From Rhodanobacteraceae bacterium (GTDB lineage: Bacteria; Pseudomonadota; Gammaproteobacteria; Xanthomonadales; Rhodanobacteraceae), in the NCBI GenBank assembly GCA_035545255.1, contig DASZYR010000165.1, positions 1-45,935 on the forward strand: a stretch of 45,935 nt of DNA, read 5' to 3'. The notes below the pieces were generated by a model, which had not been told where the DNA came from, did not search any database, and saw nothing but the letters and a program-made list of their open reading frames with translations. Positions 1 through 8,218 of the stretch are shown here, piece after piece (position 1 is the first letter of the stretch; every line of letters begins with the position of its first letter). Both the position numbers and the translations under genes were made by a program.

Positions 1-107
1 GATTCGGGATTCGGGATTCGGGATTCGGGATTCGGGATTCGGGATTCGGGATTCGGGATTCGGGATTCGGGATTCGGGATTCGGGATTCGGGATTCGGGA
101 TTCGGGA
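1..107. repeat. Heptamer tandem repeat (GATTCGG)n, at least 15 perfect copies, truncated by the window start
   Basis: Positions 1-105 are 15 exact GATTCGG units followed by GA. Confidence 0.98.
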
Positions 108-122
108 AAAGGCTACAAAGAT

Positions 123-403
123 CGTCATCTCGGCGAAAGCCGGGATCCATTTTCGCTTGTGCGGGAAAGATCGAGATCAAATGGTCCCGGATTTCGCCAG
201 GACGACGGCTGCTCTTCGTCTTTCCCGCGGAAGACTACTTCTTCATCGTCCCCAAGAAAGCGGGAACTGGCGATTTTTCGCGGGGAAGAGCGAGGCGCTG
301 GGGCCCCTCTCAAGGGGACGACGAGAAACGAACGAACCCGAGGCGCTGCGTCCGCTTTCGCGCGACGAAGAGAACGAATGACCCGATTCTCCGAATCCCG
401 GCT
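123..403. repeat. Cluster of CGTC-tagged REP-like palindromes, closed by a CCCGA(A/T)TC-type arm
   Basis: CGTCATCTCGGCGAAAGCCGGGATCCATTT (123-152) is inverted to AAATGGTCCCGGATTTCGCCAGGACGACG (179-207); further degenerate arms lie at about 217-322; CCCGATTCTCCGAATCCCGGCT lies at about 382-403. Confidence 0.8.
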
Positions 404-407
404 CTTC

Positions 408-1754
408 CTATCCCGCCGAAATCCCGAGCTTGTCCATCCGCCGATAAAGTGCCTGCCGCGAGAGCCCGAGCTCCGCCGCCGCCTGGCTGATCACCCCGCG
501 CGCATTCGACAGCGCGCCTTCGATCATCTCTCGATCGGGTTCCGCCGCCGGCGCCGCGCGGCCGGTGCCGCCGCGCACGGCGGCAAGGCCGAGATCGTCG
601 GCCGTGATCGTGCCGTTCCTGCAGAGGAGAGCCGCGCGCTGGATCGCATTCTTGAGCTCGCGCACGTTGCCGGGCCACGTGTGCGCGACGAGCGCGGCGC
701 GCGCGCCTTCATCGAGCATCGCCTTGCCGTCGAGAAAATGTTCGGCGAGCGGGACGACATCGTCCCGGCGCTCGGCGAGCGGCGGCAGCCGCAGCTCGAT
801 CACGTTGAGGCGGTAATAGAGATCCTCGCGGAACTTGCCGTCGCGGATCATCTGCGCGATGTCGGCATTGGTCGCGCTGACGACGCGCACCTTCGTCGTG
901 CGCGTCTTCGAGGAACCGAGCCGCTCGAACTGCCCGCTCTCGAGCACGCGCAGAAGCTTCGCCTGCCCCGCGAGCGGCAGGTTGCCGATCTCGTCGAGGA
1001 ACAGCGTACCGCCGTCGGCGAGCTCGAAGCGTCCTTCGCGCGCGCGGTTCGGCGCGCCGGTGTACGCGCCGGGATCGGCGCCGAAAAGCTCGGCCTCGAT
1101 CAGCTCGGAGGGCAGCGCGCCGCAGTTGACCGTCACGAACGGACCGTCCTTGACCGAAGAATTGGCCTGGATGATCTCGGCGATGCGTTCCTTGCCCGCG
1201 CCGTTCGGGCCCGTGATGAGAACGGGGATGTCCGCGCGCGCGACCTGACAGGCGAGCTCGACGACGCGCTCCGTCGCCGTCGACGCGAAGACGAGCCCGC
1301 GAAGGTCGTACTTCGCGTCGAGCGCCTTGCGGCGCTTCCTGCGCTCCTCGCGCACGCGCGAGATCTCGCGCGTCGCCTCGGAAAGCTCCAGCAGGTTCTC
1401 GACCGTCGCGAGCAGCTTGTGATCGTCCCAGGGCTTGGCGAGATAGTCGGCGGCGCCGGCCTTGACGAGCTCGACCGCGGTTTCGAGATGCGTCCACGCG
1501 GTCAGCAGCACGATCGGCAGGTCCGGATGCTGCGCGCGGATGTCGCGGAAGAGCTTGACGCCCTCCTCGCCCGAGGTCGTATCGGCCGTGAAGTTCATGT
1601 CCTGCACGACGAGATCGATGTCTTCGTCGCCGAGCAGCGCGAGGCCCTCGTCCGGCGAATGCGCGACGAGCGTGCGGATCTCCCGGAGCCCGAACACGAT
1701 CTCGAGCGCGGTGCCGACCGCGTGGTTGTCGTCGATCACGAGGACCGTGCGCAT
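408..1754 (-). CDS. Sigma54-dependent response regulator (REC-AAA+-HTH, NtrC/AtoC family)
   Basis: REC domain (VLVIDD, VQDMNF, AKPW), Walker A GPNGAGKE, GAYTGA loop, LFLDEI, WPGNVREL and a Fis-type HTH. Start trimmed to MRTVLV. Confidence 0.93.
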   Translation of the reverse strand: MRTVLVIDDNHAVGTALEIVFGLREIRTLVAHSPDEGLALLGDEDIDLVVQDMNFTADTTSGEEGVKLFRDIRAQHPDLPIVLLTAWTHLETAVELVKAGAADYLAKPWDDHKLLATVENLLELSEATREISRVREERRKRRKALDAKYDLRGLVFASTATERVVELACQVARADIPVLITGPNGAGKERIAEIIQANSSVKDGPFVTVNCGALPSELIEAELFGADPGAYTGAPNRAREGRFELADGGTLFLDEIGNLPLAGQAKLLRVLESGQFERLGSSKTRTTKVRVVSATNADIAQMIRDGKFREDLYYRLNVIELRLPPLAERRDDVVPLAEHFLDGKAMLDEGARAALVAHTWPGNVRELKNAIQRAALLCRNGTITADDLGLAAVRGGTGRAAPAAEPDREMIEGALSNARGVISQAAAELGLSRQALYRRMDKLGISAG

Positions 1755-1796
1755 GGGCGTATCGTCGCTTCGTAGAGGCCCGCGCATGGGTGCTTG

Positions 1797-1822
1797 GATG
1801 CAGCACGCGCGGGAAAGGTTGC
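1797..1822 (-). promoter_or_regulatory. Putative ECF-sigma promoter for the response regulator: GCAACC-N16-CATC
   Basis: Same geometry as GCGACC-N16-CATC upstream of the ECF sigma gene (7026-7051). Confidence 0.5.
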
Positions 1823-1839
1823 GTGGAGTTTAGCGGGAG

Positions 1840-1995
1840 AGCCGGGATTCGGGATTCGGGACAAGCCTACAAGATCGTCATCCCGGCGAAAGCCGGGATC
1901 CATTTCGTTCTTGCACCAGGATCAATACGGGTCCCGGCTTCTCCGGGACGACGGCGCCTTTGCAAATCCCGAATCCCGTCTCCCGAATCCCGGCT
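1840..1995. repeat. Composite palindromic element: GGGATTC-heptamer arms enclosing a CGTC-REP dimer
   Basis: GCCGGGATTCGGGATTCGGG...CCCGAATCCCGTCTCCCGAATCCCGGC encloses CGTCATCCCGGCGAAAGCCGGGATCC...GGGTCCCGGCTTCTCCGGGACGACG. It is homologous to the element at about 97-210. Confidence 0.88.
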
Positions 1996-1997
1996 TC

Positions 1998-3209
1998 TCA
2001 CACACTCCGCGTCGCGATCGCCGGCGGCACGCGCGACGCGCGAAGCGCCGGCCCCAACACGGCGAGCTGCCCGAGGATCCAGAGGCAGACGAACCCTGCC
2101 GGCACGTAGTACCACGGCAGGCGCGGCGCCTGGTATTCCTTCATGAGGTACAGGCTGAACGCGTACGCGAGGATGCCGCCGCCGATGAGGCCCATCGTCG
2201 TGATGATGAAGTTCTCGGTCTGGAAATAGCGCAGGATGTCGAGCTTCGTCGCGCCGAGCGCGCGGCGCGTGCCGATCTGTCTCGTGCGCTGCGCGACCCA
2301 GAAGCTCGCCATGCCGACGATGCCGAGCGCCGTGATCGTGAGAAGGCAGAAGATCACGACGCCGAGGATGATCGCCATCGCTCGATCGTCCGAGTACGCG
2401 TCGGCGCGCACTTCGGAGATCGGCCGCACCTTGCCGATGATGCGGCTCGGATTCGCCTCGATCATCTTCTGCTCGGCGAGCTTCATGACTTCGTCGCGGC
2501 GCCCGGGATCGGCGCGTACGAGATAGCGCGTCGAGTTGCCGTACGGCATGAATGCCGGCACGAGCGTCGAATACTCGACCGTGTCGCTCGACATCCACGG
2601 CTGCTGCAGGTGATCGACGACGCCGATGATCGTCGTCGTCGGCGGATCGGTATCGAAGAACACCTGCTTGCCGATCGGATCCTGGTCGGGGAAGAGCTTG
2701 TCGGCAAGCGCCCTGGAGACGATCGCGACTTTCGGCAGCAACCGATCGCCGAACGGAATCGACTCGATCTCCTCGGGCCTGAAGTTGCGTCCTGCGACGA
2801 GCTTCGTGCCGAGCGTCGAGATCGCGTGATCGTCGACGAGATAGATCGTCGTCTCTGCGGTCGAGGTCTTCTGGCGCGCCTGGAGCGAGAGTCCAGTGCT
2901 CCAGCCGCCTTCGCTCATCGGCACCGAGTTGACCGGCGCGGCATCGGCGACGCCCGGCAGCTGGCGCAGCAACGCAAGATCGGATTGCTGCACGGCCTTC
3001 GCGTCATAGCCCTGCCCGAAGCCGTTGCTGCCGAACCAGAAGGTGTCGGCTTCGTTCATGCCGCTCGGCCGCGCCATGTGATCGAGCCGCTCGTTGATGA
3101 TGAAGAGCGCGTTGCAGACGATCGCGAGCGTCAGCGCGACCTGAAGGCCGATCAGGATCATCGCGACCTTGCTGCGCATCAGGGCGGAAAGAATGGGACG
3201 GATTTCCAT
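1998..3209 (-). CDS. ABC transporter permease (MacB/FtsX-like)
   Basis: Starts MEIRPILSAL; N-terminal TM helix, periplasmic domain, RTRQIGTRRALGA motif and three C-terminal TMs. The upstream part of the 931-aa ORF is a shadow frame. Confidence 0.92.
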   Translation of the reverse strand: MEIRPILSALMRSKVAMILIGLQVALTLAIVCNALFIINERLDHMARPSGMNEADTFWFGSNGFGQGYDAKAVQQSDLALLRQLPGVADAAPVNSVPMSEGGWSTGLSLQARQKTSTAETTIYLVDDHAISTLGTKLVAGRNFRPEEIESIPFGDRLLPKVAIVSRALADKLFPDQDPIGKQVFFDTDPPTTTIIGVVDHLQQPWMSSDTVEYSTLVPAFMPYGNSTRYLVRADPGRRDEVMKLAEQKMIEANPSRIIGKVRPISEVRADAYSDDRAMAIILGVVIFCLLTITALGIVGMASFWVAQRTRQIGTRRALGATKLDILRYFQTENFIITTMGLIGGGILAYAFSLYLMKEYQAPRLPWYYVPAGFVCLWILGQLAVLGPALRASRVPPAIATRSV

Positions 3210-3237
3210 GGGGACCCTCACAATCAGCATATTCGTT

Positions 3238-3353
3238 CCCTTCTCCCGCTCGCGGGAGAAGGTGCCGAAGGCGGATGAGGGAAGCTTTGGCCGTCGACGC
3301 CGACGGCCCTCACCCGCGCCTGCGGCGCGACCTCTCCCGCCAGCGGGAGAGGT
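3238..3353. repeat. REP-like dimer, CTCTCCCGC..GCGGGAGAGG family
   Basis: CCCTTCTCCCGCTCGCGGGAGAAGG...GATGAGGG and the inverted CCCTCACC...CCTCTCCCGCCAGCGGGAGAGG. Confidence 0.8.
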
Positions 3354-3358
3354 GACTA

Positions 3359-4663
3359 CTACACTTTCAACTGTGCAGCCGGCTGCACGCGACACGCTCG
3401 CCAGGTCGGATACAAGCCGGCGAGCACCGCCGAAATCACCGCCAGCGCGACCGTCATCAGCACCATCGTGAGATCGAGCGACGCGACGCTCTTGTACGTC
3501 GAATACAGCGCGCGCACCGCGACGAGCCCAAGTCCGGTCAGGGCGAGGCCGAGCACGCCGCCCGAGAGGCCGACCACGGCCGATTCGACGAGGTACTGCG
3601 TGAACACCTCGCGCCGGCTCGCGCCGAGCGCGCGGCGCAGGCCAATCTCGCCGGACTTGCGCGTGAACTTCGCGAGCAGGAGGCCGATCGTGTTGACGAG
3701 ACAGACCGCGAGGAACGCGAAACCGAGCCCCGTCTGCACTTCGACGTCGCGCGAGACGACTTTCTGGTCCTTCATCCACGCGTTGACGTCGAGCAGGCGA
3801 TTGTTGAGCGGGCGCTCGAAGCGGCCGAGCTTCTTCTGCTCGTTGACGTAGTTGTCGAGGAACGCCTTGTACTCGGCGAGCCTCGAAGGCGTGTCGAGCT
3901 CGACCCACATCTGCATCCAGACGCAATCGGATTCGAGATAGGCGTCCCAGCCGTCGCCCGGCGTCTTGAAGCAGCTGTTGTTGCCGCTGCCGCGCTTCTT
4001 GAGGTCGATCGCGGTCGTGAACGGGATGAAGAACTCCTCGGGATCGGCGAACGCGCCGTTCGTGAGGTCGTAATAGCGGGCGCGGAGCTTCCAGTTGCCG
4101 AGGACGCCGAGGACGGTGTAGTCGATTCCGTCCATGCGCACTGTCTTTCCGACGCTGTTCGCGCCGCCGAAGAGCTTCTCGTTCGTGCCCTGCGTCAGCA
4201 CGATGACGCGCGCGTGCTCTTCGTCCTGCTTGTGGTCCCACGGTCCGCCGTACGCGAACGGCGGCTCGAACATGCCGAAGAAATCCGAGTACGTGACGCG
4301 ACCCAGCGAATTGAACGGCTTGACCTCGGGATTCTCGGGCTGGATCGGCAGCGCGATCTTCCACATCGCCGCCTGCTTGTCGGCCTTGCCGGCCGCCATC
4401 AGCGCGGTCGCGTCGCGGTAGGTCACCTGATCGGGCGGACGGCCGTCGTCGTAGAACGAATTGTTGACGTCCCAGTTGTCGAGCTGAACGTAGTGCAGCT
4501 TCGAGCTCTTCCACGGGATCGGATCGGCGCCCATGAGGTGCATCACGGTCAGCGTCGTCATGCTGGCCGCGATGCCGAGACCGATGCCGAGCACCATCAA
4601 GGCGGTGAGGATCGGATTCCTGCGCAGCGAGCGCAGGCCGAGCTGGACGTAGTAGGCGAACAT
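3359..4663 (-). CDS. ABC transporter permease (MacB/FtsX-like)
   Basis: N-terminal TM, MacB-like periplasmic domain, EIGLRRALGA motif. Confidence 0.92.
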   Translation of the reverse strand: MFAYYVQLGLRSLRRNPILTALMVLGIGLGIAASMTTLTVMHLMGADPIPWKSSKLHYVQLDNWDVNNSFYDDGRPPDQVTYRDATALMAAGKADKQAAMWKIALPIQPENPEVKPFNSLGRVTYSDFFGMFEPPFAYGGPWDHKQDEEHARVIVLTQGTNEKLFGGANSVGKTVRMDGIDYTVLGVLGNWKLRARYYDLTNGAFADPEEFFIPFTTAIDLKKRGSGNNSCFKTPGDGWDAYLESDCVWMQMWVELDTPSRLAEYKAFLDNYVNEQKKLGRFERPLNNRLLDVNAWMKDQKVVSRDVEVQTGLGFAFLAVCLVNTIGLLLAKFTRKSGEIGLRRALGASRREVFTQYLVESAVVGLSGGVLGLALTGLGLVAVRALYSTYKSVASLDLTMVLMTVALAVISAVLAGLYPTWRACRVQPAAQLKV

Positions 4664-4674
4664 GGCGTCGATCC

Positions 4675-5400
4675 TCAGGCGACGGCGACGTGGTTGCCGT
4701 CGTGCGCCGGGCGCTGGACGAGCTTGGGCTCGTCGTCGAAGTCGGTGACCTGGCCGTCGATGATGTGCACGTTGCGCTGCGCGCGCGCGGCAAGCTCGGG
4801 ATCGTGCGTCACCATGATGATCGTCGTGCCTTGCCGGTTGATCTCCTCGAGAAGCTCCATCACGCCGCGCGCCATCAGCGAATCGAGGTTGCCGGTCGGC
4901 TCGTCCGCGAGCAGCACGCGCGGCGAGCCTGCGAGCGCGCGGGCGATCGCGACGCGCTGCTGCTGGCCGCCCGAAAGCTCGGCCGGATAGTGCTTCTGGC
5001 GCGAGGCGAGGCCGACGCGCGTCAGCGCCTCCTCGATGCGGCGCTTCCTCTCCGCCGCGTTGAAGCCGCGATAGCGGAGCGGCACGTCCACGTTGTCGAA
5101 CAGATCGAGATCCGGAATCAGGTTGAAGCTCTGGAAGATGAAACCGAGCTTCTCGTTCCTGAGCCTGGAGCGGTCGTTGTCGCCCATGCCGCTCACGTCG
5201 ACGTTGTCGAGCCAGTATTCGCCGCCCATGAATTCCTCGAGCAGGCCCGCGATGTTGAGGAATGTCGTCTTGCCGGATCCCGACGGACCCGTGACCGCGA
5301 CGAATTCGCCCTCGCCGACCGCAATCGAGAAATCACGCAGTGCGTGCGTCTCGATGAGGTGCGTGCGGTAGACCTTCTGGAGGTGTTTCATCACGAGCAT
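4675..5400 (-). CDS. ABC transporter ATP-binding protein (LolD/MacB-type)
   Basis: GPSGSGKT, LSGGQQQRV, LLADEPTGNLD and VTHD motifs. Confidence 0.96.
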   Translation of the reverse strand: MLVMKHLQKVYRTHLIETHALRDFSIAVGEGEFVAVTGPSGSGKTTFLNIAGLLEEFMGGEYWLDNVDVSGMGDNDRSRLRNEKLGFIFQSFNLIPDLDLFDNVDVPLRYRGFNAAERKRRIEEALTRVGLASRQKHYPAELSGGQQQRVAIARALAGSPRVLLADEPTGNLDSLMARGVMELLEEINRQGTTIIMVTHDPELAARAQRNVHIIDGQVTDFDDEPKLVQRPAHDGNHVAVA

Positions 5401-5456
5401 GGGGATTCCTCGATATGTCCGTTGATACGTCTTGTTGCGCGCCGTTTGCTTTCTGT

Positions 5457-5522
5457 CGTATTCCCGCGGAAGCGGGAATCCACGTTGCCTTTCAATGGAT
5501 GCCCGCTTTCGCGGGCATGACG
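5457..5522. repeat. CGTC-type REP dimer containing an ATTCCC-N8-GGGAAT (dRS3-like) core
   Basis: CGTATTCCCGCGGAAGCGGGAATCCA ... TGGATGCCCGCTTTCGCGGGCATGACG. Confidence 0.82.
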
Positions 5523-5541
5523 CCGCTTTTGCTGTTGTCCC

Positions 5542-6810
5542 TCAGTTGAGCGCCACGCGCTGCGCGCCCTTGAATTCGTCCGTACCGGAAATCACGATCC
5601 GGTCGCCTTCCTTGAGCCCCGACACGATCTCGACCGCGTTGAGGCTCGTCGCTCCAACCTGGATCGGCGTGCGCTCGGCGATGTCGCCGTGCACGACGTA
5701 GGCGACGCGGCCGGCGCCCGAATCGACGAACGGGCCGCGGTCGACCATCAGCACGTTCGGGTGCTCGTCGATGAGGATGCGCGTCGTCAGCTGCTGGTTC
5801 TGGCGCAGACCGACCGGCTTGTCGCCGGTGAAGCGCACGCGGCCGACGACGTAGCTGTTGACGACCTCGGGCGACACGGCGCTGACCTCGCCCTGATAGA
5901 CGCCGTTCGCGTCGCGCACCTCGGCAGGCATGCCGATCGCGAGATCGTGCGCGAACACCTCGGGGATCTGCGCCTCGATCTCGAGCGCGCTCAAGTCGAT
6001 CACGGTCACGAGCGGCGCGTTCGCGGCGACGTTGGCGCGCTGCTGCACGAGGAGCTGGCCGACCTGTCCGTCAACCGGCGAGCGCACCTTGAGCTCGTCG
6101 ACCTGGCGCGCGACATCCTCGACCAGGAGCTTCTGCCGGTCGAGCGCGAGGCGCTTGGTCTTGAGCTCGAACGCGAGGCTCTCGCGCTCGAGCCCGGAAT
6201 CCTTCTCGGCGTTTGTGACCGTGAGATCGGCTTTCGCGAGCGCGTCCTTCGCGCGCAGCACGTCGAGCTCGGGCAGCGCGCCGGCCGTGAACGCCTTCGA
6301 CGTGCGCTCGACCTCGCGCGCCGCGGTCTGGCGGTCGATGCGCGCCTGATCGAGCGTCTTCTGCGATGCGAGCTGGAGCTTCCGGTGATCGATGCCGGCG
6401 CGCTCGACGTCGAGCGTCAGGCTGTCGAGCGTCGCCTGCTCCTGCTTCAGCTTGTTCGTGAGCTCGGGCGAATCGACGATCGCGAGCACGTCGCCCTTCT
6501 TCACCTTGTCGCCGGCGTGGATCTGGAGATCGACGAAGCCGGGGCTTCGGGCATAGAGCGTCGGCGCGACGGCCGCGACGACCTTGCCCTGCACCGAAAC
6601 GTCGCGCGTCAGCGTGCCGCGCTTGACCTCGGCGATGCGAAGCCGCGCCGCGCTCGCCGACGAATCGGCCGAAAGGAGATGCGCCACGGTCGGCGCGCAG
6701 AGCGCGACGACGATCGCGGCCGCGAGCGCCGCGCCGATCCAGATCGCGCGCTTGCGCCGATCGACCTTCGGGGCGATGCGGCGGTCCTGCGCCGAGGTGT
6801 CGCGAATCAT
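5542..6810 (-). CDS. Efflux periplasmic adaptor (MFP, HlyD/MacA family)
   Basis: Starts MIRDTSAQD (alternative ATG at 6816); TM anchor, lipoyl halves (GDKVKKGDVL, VRSPVDGQV), coiled coil and a GLKEGDRIV C-terminus. Confidence 0.92.
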   Translation of the reverse strand: MIRDTSAQDRRIAPKVDRRKRAIWIGAALAAAIVVALCAPTVAHLLSADSSASAARLRIAEVKRGTLTRDVSVQGKVVAAVAPTLYARSPGFVDLQIHAGDKVKKGDVLAIVDSPELTNKLKQEQATLDSLTLDVERAGIDHRKLQLASQKTLDQARIDRQTAAREVERTSKAFTAGALPELDVLRAKDALAKADLTVTNAEKDSGLERESLAFELKTKRLALDRQKLLVEDVARQVDELKVRSPVDGQVGQLLVQQRANVAANAPLVTVIDLSALEIEAQIPEVFAHDLAIGMPAEVRDANGVYQGEVSAVSPEVVNSYVVGRVRFTGDKPVGLRQNQQLTTRILIDEHPNVLMVDRGPFVDSGAGRVAYVVHGDIAERTPIQVGATSLNAVEIVSGLKEGDRIVISGTDEFKGAQRVALN

Positions 6811-6856
6811 GTTCATCCAGCTCCGCGCGACGGAGGGTGCCGCGTGACCGTCATTT

Positions 6857-6872
6857 AGCAACGGCCATGCCA
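6857..6872 (-). promoter_or_regulatory. Sigma54 -24/-12 promoter of the MFP-ABC operon
   Basis: Minus strand reads TGGCATGGCCGTTGCT: GG-N10-GC, a near-perfect match to TGGCAC-N5-TTGCW, about 45 nt upstream of the MFP start. Confidence 0.8.
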
Positions 6873-6877
6873 TCGAA

Positions 6878-6890
6878 CAACCATTTGATA
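6878..6890 (-). promoter_or_regulatory. IHF binding site
   Basis: Minus strand TATCAAATGGTTG fits WATCAANNNNTTR, inside an AT-rich tract between the promoter and the putative enhancer. Confidence 0.65.
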
Positions 6891-6916
6891 TGAATGGATT
6901 TATCGATCCAGGCCGG

Positions 6917-6964
6917 CGGACGGACACTGTCCGGCCGCCATGCCGGACAAGCGGCGGACAAGCG
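6917..6964. promoter_or_regulatory. Putative enhancer (UAS) for the NtrC-type regulator
   Basis: Palindrome CGGACACTGTCCG (6921-6933) plus direct repeats CGGACAAGCG at 6944 and 6955, 11 bp apart. Confidence 0.55.
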
Positions 6965-7025
6965 CGCGGAACCTCGCACCCGCCGCTCCGGTCTCCGTTT
7001 CGCAGGGGACCGCAAGCGCATGCTT

Positions 7026-7051
7026 GCGACCGGACCGCGCCTTCGCGCATC
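7026..7051 (+). promoter_or_regulatory. Putative autoregulatory ECF promoter GCGACC-N16-CATC
   Basis: Lies immediately upstream of the ECF GTG start; a twin motif lies at 1797-1822. Confidence 0.5.
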
Positions 7052-7062
7052 TCCTTGAACCA

Positions 7063-7644
7063 GTGAGCGCAGCCAGCTTCCAGATCGACATTCCCGACCT
7101 CGTGCTCGCACGCGCCCGCCGCGGCGACGCGCGCGCGCTCGAAACGATCTATCGCGCGTTCGAGCGTCCCGCGTACACGCTCGCGCTGCGCATGGTCGGC
7201 GACTCCGAAAGCGCGCGCGAAGTCGTGCACGACGCGATGCTTCGCCTGATCGAGCGCATCGGCCAGTTCCGCGGCGATTCGCCGTTCTGGGGCTGGCTGC
7301 GCCAGATCGTCGTCAACGAATCGCTGATGCGGCTCAGGAAAGAGAAAGGCGTCGTGTTCGACGAGATCGACGAGGCCGACAAGCCACCCGGCGACGCGCC
7401 GCCGCCGTGGCTCCTTGCCGACGCGGTGCGGCTCGAACGCGCGCTGATGCGATTGCCTTCGATGACGCGCAGCGTGCTCTGGCTGCATCACGTCGAGGAA
7501 TACACGCATCAGGAAATCGCCACGATGACGGGAAAGTCCGTGAGCTTTTCGAAATCGCAGGTCGCTCGCGGCGGGACTCGCCTGCGCCGCCTGCTGGAAA
7601 ACGAAACGAAGGAGTCAGCGCCGTGTCTCGCCGCGACCATCTAG
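7063..7644 (+). CDS. ECF RNA polymerase sigma factor
   Basis: Region 2 (AREVVHDAML, FWGWLRQIVVN) and region 4 (LWLHHVEEYTHQEIA). GTG start is inferred. Confidence 0.9.
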   Translation: MSAASFQIDIPDLVLARARRGDARALETIYRAFERPAYTLALRMVGDSESAREVVHDAMLRLIERIGQFRGDSPFWGWLRQIVVNESLMRLRKEKGVVFDEIDEADKPPGDAPPPWLLADAVRLERALMRLPSMTRSVLWLHHVEEYTHQEIATMTGKSVSFSKSQVARGGTRLRRLLENETKESAPCLAATI

Positions 7645-8207
7645 ACGTCGATCCGTCCGACGCGCCGCTTGCGGCCGCGCTCTCTGCGCTGCCCGAAGCC
7701 GCGCCGACGCCGGACCTCTGGCCCGATCTCGCGAGGGCGCTCGACGCGCGCAGGCGTCCGCGCCGGCACCGTTATGCGGTCCCGCTCGCGGCGGCGGCAG
7801 CAGTCGCGGTGGCGTTGCTCGCACCGAAGCTCGCAACGCACGAACCCCGGCACGCACCGGTCGCATTCACGCCGATCGCATCGACGACGACGACACCCGC
7901 GGCAAGCGACGAGCTGGACTCGCTGCGCGAACGCTCGCGCACGCTCGAACGCTGGATCGCCGCTGTTTCCGCCCGCGCGCCGCAGGACGGACGCGATCTG
8001 ATGGCCGCCGTGGAAGTGGAAGACCTGATCGGGCTCGTCGACGTGCAGCTCGGCGGCGCGAATCGCGACGCGGATGCGCTCCCGCTCTGGCGCCAGCGCG
8101 TCGCGCTGCTCGAAGACCTCGCCGCGATCCGCGGCAACGGCGCGGCGTTCGCCGCGAGCGGCGCGCGCGAAGGCGCGGTGCCGGTCGCGCTCAACCTTCT
8201 GAACTGA
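7623..8207 (+). CDS. Single-pass membrane protein, anti-sigma-like
   Basis: Overlaps the ECF stop; AAGGAG RBS before the GTG; LPEAAPTPDLWPDL motif, TM helix, then a coiled-coil region. Confidence 0.65.
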   Translation: MSRRDHLDVDPSDAPLAAALSALPEAAPTPDLWPDLARALDARRRPRRHRYAVPLAAAAAVAVALLAPKLATHEPRHAPVAFTPIASTTTTPAASDELDSLRERSRTLERWIAAVSARAPQDGRDLMAAVEVEDLIGLVDVQLGGANRDADALPLWRQRVALLEDLAAIRGNGAAFAASGAREGAVPVALNLLN

Positions 8208-8218
8208 AGAGGCAAGAC

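Noticed and set aside
1-107. CRISPR array or telomere-like repeat
   Set aside because: It is a simple 7-bp tandem with no spacers and no cas genes, and the same unit occurs in internal palindromic repeats.
3210-4793. 931-aa fused permease ORF (1998-4793)
   Set aside because: The N-terminal 528 codons are an Arg-rich shadow frame over the other permease and a REP; the real gene starts at 3209.
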